Shown in pieces: positions 1 through 37,372 of a DNA stretch of 51,003 nt (positions within the stretch are counted from its first letter, which is position 1; every line of letters starts with the position of its first letter). Location of the stretch: contig NC_069001.1 in NCBI RefSeq assembly GCF_001194135.2, positions 39,884,885 through 39,935,887 of the forward strand, in the 5' to 3' direction. The DNA comes from Octopus bimaculoides. Lineage: Eukaryota. Under the pieces are notes generated by a model. The model saw nothing but the letters and a program-made list of their open reading frames with translations. It had not been told where the DNA came from and made no database searches. The position numbers and the translations under genes are program-made.

Positions 1-32
<32 letters not shown>
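1..32. repeat. (TA)n microsatellite, one of many TA/CA/GA tracts
   Basis: Direct reading; similar tracts at about 10135, 17150, 21670, 22790, 32590, 34620, 50790. Confidence 0.95.
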
Positions 33-38
<6 letters not shown>

Positions 39-78
39 TACATACACATATATTGTTTTATGTTTTTCGTCAGACTAG

Positions 79-23824
<23,746 letters not shown>

Positions 23825-25614
23825 AGAAAAATCCTTTACAACAGAGTAGAATATTCTTTGCTGAAAAGTTCTAATAAGACTGAAATAAGTTCATTACTTT
23901 CACCAGCTCCACTCATCTTCATTTTACAAAAATCTCAGTTAGCTGCTTTTGTTGGAATTATCTCCCTTTATTTAAATTTTAAACAAACATCCTCTCGAGG
24001 GATTGTTTGTCAACTAATTACAACAATAATCTCAAAGTTGTGCCCTTCAATATATTCCATATGTGAGGCCCTACTAAATTGTCTATGGAATATGTAGAGA
24101 AGTTCCTTCCCAGACTTATGTTGTTCCCCTTTTGTTAGACTTACATTCTCTATTATCATCAACACACTACAACTCCAGTTGCTATCACATCAATACATTT
24201 AAATGGTTTATCACATCAAATTGACTCAGTTTCAAAGAAAAAACAAAATATTTCTGTAATTATTTGACATCCCCATATGTTCAGCTACTGTTTTTATCAA
24301 ATTTGTTATTTTGTGTGGTTGCCAATCTTTAATTAATTATATTTTGTATTTATTTTCCTGAACAAATCTTGGTGACATATCTGGCAATTATTTTGTGTAA
24401 TCATAATTCTGGGTTCAATCCTGCTATACAGCACAGTGGTGTCTTCTAATCTAGGTTCAAATTGACTATTTTGTAAGTAGAAACTGTGAGGAAGCCTATT
24501 GTATGTGTGTCATTGCCATTATCATTGTTTTTGTCCTTTTCTTTCCCCAGACAGACATAGATTAAGATGATACTTTCTGAGGTAGTTTTTCTATAACCTG
24601 ATGTTCATGTCACTAATTCTCACACGAAACCAATAAACTATGAAAATGTTAATGTTGCTATTTTTGCTCAAACATTAACAAAGACACATAGAATCAAGAT
24701 GTGCATATGTACACACACAGTTTCAGTCTACCAGTTCCTCTCACGAAACTGAGATCAGTCCAAAAAGAGGAAGTCAACTGTTGTATTATGACCATTCAAT
24801 GTGATAGCAATATAATTATATCCCTTTCTTTTCCCCACACCAAACCTCTTGATGTGAAGTGAGTTTCATTTTACTAGCAAGATAAGACCAAAGTGAAACT
24901 GTGCTCATAAGCTATGAATAAATTTAAAATAATAAAATGTATTAAACTGTAAATAAATATTTCCCAACACATCACTGATAGATTTTTAAACTAATGAAGT
25001 AGTATTTCATTGAATTCTTTTGAAAATACAGGTTTCCCTGGATACAATTTGCAAGAGGATATTTCTATACAATATATAATTTAAGAATATATATATTTAT
25101 ATATGGTTGTACACATTCACTTAGAGGTATCCATTACTACAGAATTAAATTCATTTCCAGGGTGACTGGCATAGCAGGAATATAATTATCATCTAGAATA
25201 AGAAATGGGTAGAATAAGCCAAAGTTTTAAGGTTACACCAAGGAAGTTAGCTATCTTATTTTTTTTTACTGTGTTGGTGCCACAAAAAAACACTCAGTCC
25301 ACCCTGTGGAGTGATTGGTGTTAGGAAGGGCAACCAGCCACAAAAGCAGTGAAGCCTGGTGCAGTAACAAATGTTACATGATGATGAATTTCTAATGTGT
25401 AGTTAATAACAGATTTTCATCACCTTTTTCTAGTCCTTTCTATATACACCTTGCTAGCATTAAGACTCGCAAATAATGCATTATTCCAATGCAAACCACC
25501 TGAAAGACTAAAGAAACTATCTTGTAAGCAGTGCAATAAGTAGGCCTGTTTCTAATTCAAAATTATATATATATACACACACATATATAGGTACATATGC
25601 ATGCATGTATATAT

Positions 25615-25921
25615 GTGTTCTCTGCTGGGTTAAACAGTGGCTGAAACAGTTGTGATGTTTCAAACAGCTTACAAGGATGTTGCCATGAGCAAAACACAAG
25701 TGGTTTTCACGCTTCAGGAATGGTCACTTGTTGCTTGAAGACCAATCTCATTCAGGGTGACCGTTTTGCAGATGTGAAAGAGAAGGAAAAAAAATGACAG
25801 TAGCATCACTTCACAAGAGTTCCAGAAATATATACTTTGAAAGCAATAAAAGTGTAAACATGTAAAACTAAGTGAAAATAATATTGCAAAATTCTGGTTT
25901 CTTTTGGGTACCCCCTTGTAT
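25615..25921 (+). mobile_element. Internally deleted mariner derivative
   Basis: N-terminal remnant (AETVVMFQTAYKDVAMSKTQV..WFSRFRNG..LEDQSHSG) joined to a C-terminal remnant and a TIR-like end aaaattctggtttcttttgggtacccccttgta. Confidence 0.65.
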
Positions 25922-26219
25922 ACGCACACATATATATATATTTACATGTGTATAAAAACACCATCTACTTCATAGTGATAAGTCTTACACGAGCAAATTA
26001 AACATGAAAATATTACCATAAACAAGAAACTAAATATCACAAAGCATATAAAGAATTTTATACCTCAAAAAAGGTGCGCCTCAAGTCAGTGGGTGCTTTC
26101 CTGATCACACAAAACTGTAGAATAAATGATAATAACATAGTTGTTTGATGAGGTGAATGAAACACTAAACATACCTTCTTTGATAACATATACAAGCAGA
26201 CAGGAATGTCCTTAAATAT

Positions 26220-28117
26220 CTAAAAATAGAGAGGATTGTAGGTAATCCAGTGTTGTTCAGGCTTTTTCTTGCACTCTTCTGATGATGTAAATAATGACTT
26301 GTAAACCATACTGTTTTTAGAGTCCTTCTGGAGACTTGTTTGACCCTGGCTTTCATTGCTTCCAGAAGCTGTCTTGGAATTCTTGCCTGTTGTTTTAGTG
26401 TTTGAGGCAACTCTGTTACCATTTGTAAATTTTGATTTTCCAGGAACCAAACAGGTGATCTTGCTGCTACTGCCTTCAGCACCTACATAAAAGATATATA
26501 TATATATATATATATATAATGAGTATATGTATCATCATCATCATCATCGTTTAACGTCCGCTTTCCATGCTAGCATGGGTTGGACGATTTGACTGAGGAC
26601 TGGTGAAACCGGATGGCAACACCAGGCTCCAATCTAATTTGGCAGAGTTTCTACAGCTGGATGCCCTTCCTAACGCCAACCACTCAGAGAGTGTAGTGGG
26701 TGCTTTTACGTGTCACCCGCACGAAAACGGCCACGCTCGAAATGGTGTCTTTTATGTGCCACCCGCACAAGCCAGTCCAGGGGCACTGGCAACGATCTCA
26801 CTCGAAAATCCTACGGGAGCCAGTCAGGCGGTACTGGCAATGGCCACGCTCAAAATGGTGCATCTCATGTGCCACCCGCACAAGAGCCAGTCCAGGGGCA
26901 CTGGCAACGATCTTACTTGGCTTGCCGGGTCTTCTCACGCACAAGATGATAAAATGAATGGTTTCTACCTGATAATTTGTTGGTAAAATGCAGTTACTTT
27001 CACAGTGTTCATTATGTAAATGAAAGATACGAGAATTTTTATTGATCACCACAATTGTCTTGACAAGTCTAGCATCGATCCCTCATGGGTGGGATACTTA
27101 ACTGATTCAGGAGCATCCAACAGCACAAATGTCTCTCTTCAGGTGATAAACAGATATAGCTCATTTAAAAAACAATTCTGCAATGTATCTTCTCATTTTG
27201 TGTAAAGAAAAGCAGCAAATTAAAGGATATATCTTCATTTATATAGAAGACCAATAATAAAATAAATCCCCAAAAAGAAAACAAACACAGCAAGAATAAG
27301 TATTAAAAATAACTGTTAATGGATATGAATGTATAAATGCTCTTGCACAAATACACACACTCATACAAGCATCCATGAAGATGTAAGCATGTGCACACAT
27401 TCACACAGTGAATTAAATAGCTACTTGGTGTTATAAGATGCCTACATGCATATAAATGTACTTTCATAGAATGCAGTGGGAAGGAATTTGAGTAAATTTA
27501 CTTAAAGATATGGAAGAATTAAGTTTAGTTTTGAACTCCTCATCCTGGAATGCACCTCATAGAGCCACCCACCCACCCATCCATCCATCCATCCATCCAT
27601 CCATCCATCCATCNNNNNNNNNNNNNNNNNNNNNNNNNNNNNNNNNNNNNNNNNNNNNNNNNNNNNNNNNNNNNNNNNNNNNNNNNNNNNNNNNNNNNNN
27701 NNNNNNNNNNNNNNNNNNNNNNNNNNNNNNNNNNNNNNNNNNNNNNNNNNNNNNNNNNNNNNNNNNNNNNNNNNNNNNNNNNNNNNNNNNNNNNNNNNNN
27801 NNNNNNNNNNNNNNNNNNNNNNNNNNNNNNNNNNNNNNNNNNNNNNNNNNNNNNNNNNNNNNNNNNNNNNNNNNNNNNNNNNNNNNNNNNNNNNNNNNNN
27901 NNNNNNNNNNNNNNNNNNNNNNNNNNNNNNNNNNNNNNNNNNNNNNNNNNNNNNNNNNNNNNNNNNNNNNNNNNNNNNNNNNNNNNNNNNNNNNNNNNNN
28001 NNNNNNNNNNNNNNNNNNNNNNNNNNNNNNNNNNNCCATCCATCCATCCATCCATCCATCCATCCATCCATCCATCCATCCATCCATCCATCCATCCATC
28101 CATCCATCCATCCATCC

Positions 28118-28165
<48 letters not shown>

Positions 28166-31100
28166 GCCATCATCATTTAACATCCTCCTCCCATGCTGAC
28201 ATAGAGTGTAATAGATGTGTAGTGAGAATATATGTTCAGTATCAAGTATTGATATGGCTGCATGTATATTATTACAAGAATTCTTACAGAGAAAAAGAAT
28301 AAATTCAAGAACTATATATTTACTACATAAAAATATATTTTCATTGGCTGTTGATGAAACATAATCAAAATGTAGAATCTAGTTGAATGAAGTAATCTAT
28401 GCAAGAAAGTTCAGAACTAGGAAATGTAGAAATAACAGCTAAGTGGTGGTTTTCAGTCATGTGGCAATAGAGAAATAGACGGACATAGCAACGACGTAAA
28501 TGGCTCTGAGTCTAATCAACTAAGAAGCGAAGAGCAGGGTAAGCAAGCTGTTTTTATTAATGGAATGCTTAGACATTCTAGAAACTTACAAGAGAAACGC
28601 AAAGCTTCTTGAATAATTAAGAATTGCAGCTCATGACACAGATGCTTCAAGAAACATAGTAAAAGGAGATTTTTAGTACTGAAGGAGGTGGCTTTGTGCC
28701 AGGTCATAACAAATTAGAATTTGAATAAAGGGACAGGAATAGTGTCTCGAAGTAGAGGAGATACATGCCTATGCAGGCTGGAGAGAGAGAGAGAGATTGT
28801 GAAGACGGGGGAGTTTAAACAGACAGATTTTGTTCTCTTCTCAACTACTCAACATGTTTTACCCAGCCATCAAGTCTATTTTCATAATATATTACTACTT
28901 TTGAAACCCTTCCAGATTCAGGTCTTGTCTTTACCTAGCCAAATCCATCTCACATTCTAAAAAGAACATGTCTACTGTCATTTATCTACTGACAAATCTA
29001 AAAAAAAAATAGAATAAAATAAAATCAACAGATATAGGCTGACTTACATTGGTCAACAGGGATGTCAGACTTCTTCTTTTCTGCTTTCTTAGCTTTCTGA
29101 AATAATAGAAATTCATTTTCAGATATTGTTTTCACAGCACTACACTCTAGCTTTTATATATATATACATGTATGTATGTGTGTGATGATAATTTCATATA
29201 TTTACGTATACACCTTGTCGTACATCGTTTAAAGCCCAATCACAGTATTCTGCTATTGATACTTTGTAATTTTCGGAATAGACAAATTTTCTAAGTTTGA
29301 AAAAAATGATACTATTGTAAATAGTTTTTAAATACAGATTTTGTTCAATTATAAAGGTAAATATAATTAATTTTGCCTGGAAAAAATGTGGACTACAATG
29401 AAAAACACAGGTGCAAAATCCTAGTAGATAAAAATGATATTTACTCTATGATTGCATTGTTCTTTTAATACTCTTCAGAATGTGGAATCAATATGAAAAT
29501 CTGAAGACTATAAACAAAATGTTCTGATCATACAGTAAATATAAATATGATTTAATAACAAAATGTGTGCATAATAATTTAATTGATGCATGCACATTTT
29601 ATTAGATAATACTGGCATTTACAGTGTGATCATAATATTCCATTTATATTCTTCATATCAACTCTACATTCTGAAGAGTATATATATATATAAAAAAAAA
29701 AAAAGACAATATGATCATATTGTGTGTGTGTGTGTGTTAACATTATTGTTTCAGCTCTTTTAATAACAACATTACAAAAAGGAAAGAAGACCTTCTCCAG
29801 TTTAGCTGCTAATCTTCTCCTTTTCATTCGGTCTCTCATCACTTCTAAGTCTTCCTCACTTGCATTGAGTATTACAACATCTTCCTTGTCCACTTTTTCA
29901 CCACACTGTATAATGGAATAATAATAATAACAAAATGGCTCAAAAAGATTGGTACAAATGTAAAGGTCGAACACCTACGAAAATCAGCATTGCTTAGAAT
30001 TGCAAGAATTCTTGGCAGGGTTCTTGAAACATGTCCAGTAAAACAAGTGTCTGTTGGCTGTGGGAAGCTGACCCCCTTTCCATCATAGACAGCAAAATAA
30101 GCTGAGAGTTTTCATCAAATAATAATTTTATTATTATACAGAATTAGGAACAAATTCAATATGAATGGAAGACTTCACCCAAGAGCAGGAGTAGCAAGAT
30201 CATACTTACCTAGAAAGGAAGATGGAATAGGGTTAATATCAGTAGACTACTGTGTGGAGTTAGCTAGAGTAGATATAGACTCCTACATTGGTAATAGCAG
30301 ACGAAAGTATATTAAGAGTTGCTAGAGGCACAGTGGGACACAGAGACACTAAAAAGTCTGGTGTGAGGTCTTAATTTATCCTCAGATCTGGAAAATGCTT
30401 GCAAAAGATTAGATCTTAAGAAAGGAACCCAAGGGCCATATACTAGTGATGGATTGAACTGAGTAATAAATTAAGACTGATGTTCAGTCAATTCTACTGC
30501 TGCAATAACAAAAAGTAAGTGTAACACATTTCACCAAACACATCAGATGTGCAGACGTTCAAGGCTAGTAGCAAATTAGAAAGAACATCAATGGCTGTTT
30601 GAGACTCCTCTGAAGATATGGCAGACAGACAGTAGCTCTGAGGGAGGATCACTTCACTGGGGATGGCCATGTCACAGAGATAAGGATGACCATCACTTTC
30701 TCATGGAAGGGTGGCAGTGATGAAGCAAATGCAAATCTAATGTGGGCTTTGGCTGTCAAATGCTGTCTTGTTCTTGTAGGAGAATTTGTGGATTTTCTCA
30801 AAGGACAAAACAATAAATAGGCTCTTGATGCTCTGACTTACTCTGCCAGGACAACATGCCACCATCATTAGTAGCCACAATAATAGCTCATCTATCATAA
30901 GCAGGGATTAAAATGTCACATACTGACCTTCCTATAGATATAATGAAGCCAAGATCATAGATGTTCTATCCAATGTAAAGGCCCCTAGATCTAATTGTCA
31001 TTCTAGCTGGTGTTCTGGGGATGTTGTGCAGAGAACAACAGAAATGAGCATGTTACTTGTAAATAAGTACAGGCTTGTGTCAGGAAAGCTATGGAATACT

Positions 31101-32020
31101 GTTTCAAGAAGTTTCATTCAACCCATGCCAGGATAGAAAAAGGAGACATGTCATATCATATGACAAAGAGAGAAAAATATTGAGACATGTCTTACCTTAT
31201 GACAAGTATCTGACTTCACCTCTTTCAGAGCCCGCTCTGAAACCACACAACCACATGTCCATGGAAAACAGAATCTGTAAATAACGATAAATATTGTTAA
31301 TAATATTTACTTTATTATTTATAATGATTTCAATAATAATCATTGTTTCTAGCATAGGCAGAGAGCTAGTCAATAAAATCAACCTCAACATGTGGGGATG
31401 AAAGGATGAAAAGCAAAGCTAACCTCAGAATGTAAAGAGTCAGAACAAAAACAAGACTGTATTTTGTTCAACACTAACAACTCTACCAACCCAATGCAAT
31501 AATTATAATAACTTCAAAGTTTGGCACAAGGCCAGCAATTATGGGGGAGTGGGTAAGTCAATTACATCGACCCTAGTGTTCAACTGGTGCTTATTTTATC
31601 AACTCTGAAAGGATTGATACCCTGAGAAGTCAACCACAACAGTATTCAAACTCAGAACACAGACAAGTCATTAAGCATGCTAATGATTCTGCTAGCTCAC
31701 TGCCCAATAATAATAATAATCCTTTCTCTTATAGGTACAAGACCTGAAATTTGGGTGAGGGGAAGAGTCAATTACTCAACTGATACTTATCTTATCAACC
31801 CTGAAAGGCATAGTAAACCTTGGTGGAATTTGAACTCAGAACATAAAGACAGACTAAATGACTCTAAGCATTTTCTCTCTCTGTTTTCTCGTGTTTCTTT
31901 CTGTTGCAAAGAATAGTCTAGAAATGTAAAAGACTTTCTCACTTTCTTGAGCATTAAAATAAATTGTTGTTTACACACACGACTTGGTCTTTTGATTTTC
32001 TGTAAATTTCAACTATATAT

Positions 32021-32059
<39 letters not shown>

Positions 32060-32589
32060 CATACACAACACACACATATATATACATATGTGCCCCTGGA
32101 CTGGCTCTTGTGCGGGTGACACATGAGGTTTTTCGAGCGAGATGAGCGTGGCCATTGCCAGTACCGCCTGACTGGCCTTCATGCGGGTGACATGTAAAAG
32201 CACCCACTACACTCTGAGTGGTTGGCGTTAGGAAGGGCATCCAGCTGTAGAAACTCTGCCAAATCAGATTGGAGCCTGGTGTAGCCATCTGGTTTTCACC
32301 AGTCCTCAGTCAAATCGTCCAACCCATGCTAGCATGGAAAGCGGACGTTAAACGACAACGACGACGACGATATATATACATACATAACATGTATACATAC
32401 ATATACATACACATATATATACACACACATATTCATATATGAGCCTTTTGTACTTACTTGAACATCCCATTCATTTCTAAGCCCACCACAGGACATATAT
32501 ACTGTGAAGCAAGCGTATCAATGTAACCATCTCCCTTTTCTGCCTTTGGCCTGGAATCTCCAGGGTTCTCAGTCAGCTTNNNNNNNNNN

Positions 32590-32628
<39 letters not shown>

Positions 32629-32635
32629 TATATAC

Positions 32636-32666
<31 letters not shown>

Positions 32667-33274
32667 CATACTACATATATACATATACATATATATACAT
32701 ATATATATATATATATACATACTACATATATACATATACATACATAACATGTATACATACATATACATACACATATATATACACACACATATTCATATAT
32801 GAGCCTTTTGTACTTACTTGAACATCCCATTCATTTCTAAGCCCACCACAGGACATATATACTGTGAAGCAAGCGTATCAATGTAACCATCTCCCTTTTC
32901 TGCCTTTGGCCTGGAATCTCCAGGGTTCTCAGTCAGCTTCACTTCCTTAATATCCTGATGAAGAAAGCAAAGAAAACCCCTGTGTATTTGTTTCTATCGA
33001 GTGAAATTATCTTCTTCCTCTTAATAATAATAATAATAACTTTCTATTTTATATAATTTTTTTTTTTAATAATAATAAGTATAATAATGGTTGTGGATTT
33101 AGGCAGAAGCCAGCAATTTTGAGGCAGGAATAAGTCAATATCATCTGCTCTGATTACTTGACTGGTAACTTTATCAACTTCAGAAGGATGGAGACAATAA
33201 TAAAAATGAATATTTCTTTATATCTGCCATCAGGACAAGGAGGGGGAAAAATACAAAGTCAATAATAATAATGA

Positions 33275-33330
<56 letters not shown>

Positions 33331-34615
33331 ATCGTAATAAGGAAGCCTATACAGGTTCACACAACCTGCTAGAACTAGGACTGCATCATTTAATGTCATT
33401 CCCAGTTGTTATTTCCAGGCCAATCCTTATACAGTAGATTCGACGCATTCCAAACATAATCCTAGAAAGATAGGTTTTGTATGTGGCAGATGTTCAGGAG
33501 CAATAAACACTGAAAATGTGCAGAAAAACAGCTTCTGTCAGATGCCAAGGGCAAAAACTAGAAGTAGTTGATAGCTTCCGTTGTCTAGGTGACTAAGTCA
33601 CTGGTGAGGATGGATGCTCTGAGAGTGTAGCTGCTAGAATAAGAATAGCCTGGGCAAAGTGTGAAGAGAGCTCCTACTTTTGCAGGTGGCAAAGGACCTC
33701 TCGCTCAGAGTAAAAGGCAAACCGTATGACGCATGTGTGTGAACAGCCATGCTACATGGCAGTGAAACACAGGCCATGACTGCTGAGGACATGTGTTAGC
33801 TTGCAAGGAATGAATCTGGATGTAATGTCAGTGTGCATACACGACAGAGTGTAAGCACCCTGAGAGAAAAGTTGGACATAAGAAGCATCAGATGTGGTGT
33901 GCAAGAAAGACGACTGTGCTGGTATGGTCATGTGTTGCGTATGGATGAAGACAGCTGTGTGAAAAGGTCACACCCTAGCAGCAGAGGGAACCTGTGGAAG
34001 AGTAGACCCAGGAAGACCTGGGATGAGGTGGTGAAGCACGACCTTTGAATGCTGGGCCTCATGGAGGCGATGACAAGTGACCAAGACCTTTGGAGATATG
34101 CTGTGCTTGAGAAGACCCAGCAAGCCAAGTGAGACCGTAACCGAGGCCTATGCCAGTGTAGCATAACCAGCCCATTTAAGAGTACCCTTCAATCATTGGA
34201 CAATAAACTGCGCTTCCAAAGTCATTGTCATGGCTGATGACAGCATCGCCTCATTGGCATTTGTGCTGGTGGCACGTAAAAAGCACCATTCATGATCATT
34301 GCCAGTGCCGCCTCATTGGCTCCTGTGCCAGTGACATGTCAAATGCACCATTTGAGCAATGGTCGATGTCAGTGCTGGCTGACTGGTCCTGGGCTGGTGG
34401 GATATAATAAGCACCATTCGAGCGTGGCTGTTGCCAGTGCCACCTGACTGGCTCCCATGCCGGTGGCATGTAAAAAGCACCGGAATAGGCACATTGTATC
34501 CCCATTTGTGGTAAGAAGAGACTAAAAAGGCATCAAGAAAGGCATCCAACTGGTGTGGATATCTCTGGAATTGGGTCTAAAATCTGAGGTACCAAAAAAA
34601 ATTGGTGCCTCAATG

Positions 34616-34658
<43 letters not shown>

Positions 34659-36001
34659 TGTGGGTATGTATGTGTATATATGTGTGTATATATACACACA
34701 CATATTCTTTCTGTAATAGTTATTGTCATATCTTCACAAACATAATTACATTTTTCTATATATGTAATACAAATTTTCTATATTATTAAATTACATTCAA
34801 TTTGATATAGTTATCTTCTGCTAGTATAAGAGCTGGTCCCACCTATGCTATGGGTTGACTTGGTATTGAAACTGAGACAGTTATGTAGGAAGATGCAATT
34901 TACCTTCAACCCTCGGAGATGACTGAAACTCTGAGCACACTCAAAACTGTTTCGATCAAGGAGGAACTCCAAAACGGTTTCTTTGTTGTACAGTCTGAAA
35001 TAATAAATTGGAAATGAGAAATTAATCTTCATATTTAATTTAATACAAAAATATTCTTCAGGGGTTTAACAACACAACAGCTGTTCATGTACATGTTAAT
35101 AAATATAAAACATCTTCTGGATAAATATAATATGGAAAGAGCAGATACTGCAGAAATAGAGAAGAAAAAGAAACAAAAATTAAAGGAAATACAGCCATGG
35201 AAAATAGACATTAAATGATGATGATGATATATATGTGTGTGAATAGATACACTCACCTACCAAATTCACAGCTCATAATAGGAGATCTTAAGGGTTCCTG
35301 TGAGATAGCACAGTGTTTCCATTTGGCAGCCAAGTCAGCCATTTTGTCTTTCTGAAATAGAGAAACAATTTATGAAGTGTAGATAAAATGTTAATGAGAT
35401 GCGGAGGTACTGAATATGATAGATTTGTATGGGTTGATGAATAAGGAGAGTGTGGCTGGGTATTAAAGGTATCAACTGAGGTATGTAGGAGAGATGAGTG
35501 GGATGGCCATATGTGGAAACCTCTGATCTAAGGCCTACTAGATCGGTGCTGCCCAGGGACTAAACAAAGAAGCCAAAGAATAGAATAGCTCAGCAACACT
35601 ATATCTGAAAATAGAGATGGCCATAGCTGTAACATCAGGACTGATCAAGGACTACATAATAGCCGGACAGTGCTGATAAACAAAACCACAAAACAGAGGC
35701 ATTGATCAAAGTGAAGGATGAGATTTGATTAGCTCTCAGGAGTGATCCCTTATGCAATGGTGATACAAACTCATATTAAAATTAAAATTAAGTTTGTAAT
35801 GACATAGTCACTATGAAACACAGCAGGTAAAAAAGTAACAATAACAATAATTCCTATGTCAAAAAGATTAACTGAAGAAATTGGCGATCTGGGACTCATA
35901 CAGAAGCATAATGCTAGACAGAAGATCCTTACCTGTTCAGGTTTTTTCTTTGTCCTGACCAACTCATCCCTTGTGGGTATTGTTCCACCATCGCATCCCA
36001 T
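26220..36001 (-). CDS. RTF2: Replication termination factor 2 (RTF2/RTFDC1), 8 coding exons, 298 aa
   Basis: Exons: 36001-35933, 35351-35257, 34994-34904, 32954-32818, 31274-31196, 29905-29792, 29096-29048, 26482-26220. Sum 897 nt, phases consistent. Diagnostic start [15 protein letters not shown], then [12 protein letters not shown]...[62 protein letters not shown]...[10 protein letters not shown]. Confidence 0.96.
26531..26945 (-). mobile_element. RTE-tail SINE copy with internal subrepeat
   Basis: Reverse complement of the same family as 22855-23186; gtgccacccgcacaag(a)gccagtccaggggcactggcaacgatct occurs twice. Confidence 0.85.
27566..28165. repeat. (CCAT)n then (CTAT)n microsatellite with 423-N gap
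   Basis: Direct reading; source of the MDGW/IHPS pseudo-ORFs. Confidence 0.97.
29930..30340 (+). mobile_element. R4/Dong-like LINE remnants
   Basis: [28 protein letters not shown] (C-terminus) and [29 protein letters not shown] (post-RT motif). Confidence 0.7.
31340..31880 (-). repeat. Tandem cluster of about 3 copies of the SINE family seen at 7.3-8.1 kb
   Basis: Reverse-complement cores (ctggtgcttattttatcaac..tgaaagg...gaactcagaa) separated by (AAT)n. Confidence 0.65.
32095..32370 (+). mobile_element. RTE-tail SINE copy
   Basis: Same family as 22855-23186; ends aaacgacaacgacgacgacga. Confidence 0.85.
33276..33330. repeat. (ACT)n microsatellite
   Basis: Direct reading. Confidence 0.95.
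33440..34560 (+). mobile_element. RTE-clade LINE 3' part (decayed RT C-terminus plus 3' UTR)
   Basis: [72 protein letters not shown] with stops and frameshifts; followed by sequence shared with the SINE tail family. Confidence 0.85.
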
Positions 36002-37177
36002 CTTGTTGTGAATATAAATCTATACAGAGGAAAAGATATAGACAAATAGATAGATAGAGAATGCTGGCAGATATATAAACACATTAATAGAGACAGACAG
36101 CAAGATAGGTAGACAAAGATAAGTATATAGTCAGATATACAAATATGATAGACAGAGAAAGACTGACAGAGACAAACAGAACAAGAAACAGGGAGAGAGA
36201 GAGAGTCAGACAGAGAAAGACGAGTAGATAAACAGACTGGCAAACAGATATAAGTGGTAGACAGAGAAATAGGAAAGTTAACAAAGTGACAAGCAGATAG
36301 ACACATAGCTAAGTAGAGAAAGACAAATAGAACCATACTTTATATAACAGTTGTAAATCTCAAAGTAACTAATAAAACTACAATACAATACAAACATGAA
36401 CATAAATTTTTCAATAAACAATATTGCTTTAAATATTTAGAGCCGTTTTTTTTTTTAAATAAAATATACAGGAGAGGGGTGAATTGGTAACTGGAATAAA
36501 TGGAGTAATTTCTGATTTCTCATTATTTTCTCTCTACATGTTTGCATCATCTTTAGGAGTAAAAATTGGTCAGCATAGTTTTTCGAGAAATTTTTCCTTA
36601 ACTTTGACTCGATTGTAATTGAGGTTGCTAATAAAAGATTGGGATACCATTTGGGGTTTAACAATCATATTCCTTTTTTCTGTTGGATTCCTAGTCAATT
36701 TTTTTCCCCACACTACTGTCTAATTTGATAATTTTCAAATTTAAAAAAAATGATGTCTAAAATGGGGCAAAATGAGTAATGACTAATTTCAATAATTTCT
36801 CCTTTTTAATTGCATGCTGTATAAATATATCAGGAAGAGAACCAATCCAGCAGATTGTGAAGAAGTCTTAGAGAATATTTTATGCTGAGTTTTTAGATTT
36901 AGTCGAGTTTCATTAATTTCATATCATGTGTCATTTTTCCATGATCCACTTTTATTTGACAGAAATATTTTAAATTTTTGCTATATTTCTGATATTTCTG
37001 ATGTATACAAATGGATATTGATGTGCATGAGTCTTTTTACAAATGTAATTCTGGAGAATTGAAGCAGCAAATTTACTTTATCATGTCTTTCATTTTGCCC
37101 CAGCTAAATTTGTATTTTATATGCTCAAAGAGAATGCTGGGCTCAGGACTAAAAGTGCTTAAATCATAAAAGTTTTT

Positions 37178-37309
37178 GGTAAATCTTCAGATTAACACCC
37201 GTACGATTTTCACCAGGCTGTTAGGGTTTTAGGGTTAAGGTTAGGGACGGAATTCCCTAACCCTAACACCGTAGTGAAAATCGTGCGGGTGTTAATCTGA
37301 AAATTTACC
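37178..37309. mobile_element. Merlin-like MITE with internal TTAGGG/CCCTAA repeats
   Basis: About 49-bp imperfect TIRs beginning GGTAA; 8-bp direct repeat AAGTTTTT at 37170-37177 and 37310-37317; core tgttagggttttagggttaaggttagggacggaattccctaaccctaaca. Confidence 0.75.
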
Positions 37310-37372
37310 AAGTTTTTTTGGTTTATATATCCAAAGCAACTGGAAGTCGAGTAAATAGATGAATTTTAAATG

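Noticed and set aside
24551-24581. Exon-like ccccAG|...|GTagtt downstream of the CAPS2 stop
   Set aside because: Short, contains a stop in the obvious frame, and CAPS2 already ends at the conserved WSI* position
26603-27052. Several overlapping 79-127-aa ORFs
   Set aside because: They lie within a multicopy SINE/LINE-tail element; the same peptides recur at 22868-23116 and 32013-32288
27502-28302. Longest ORFs in the track (184-250 aa, MDGW/IHPS repeats)
   Set aside because: Translations of the (CCAT)n microsatellite and N gap
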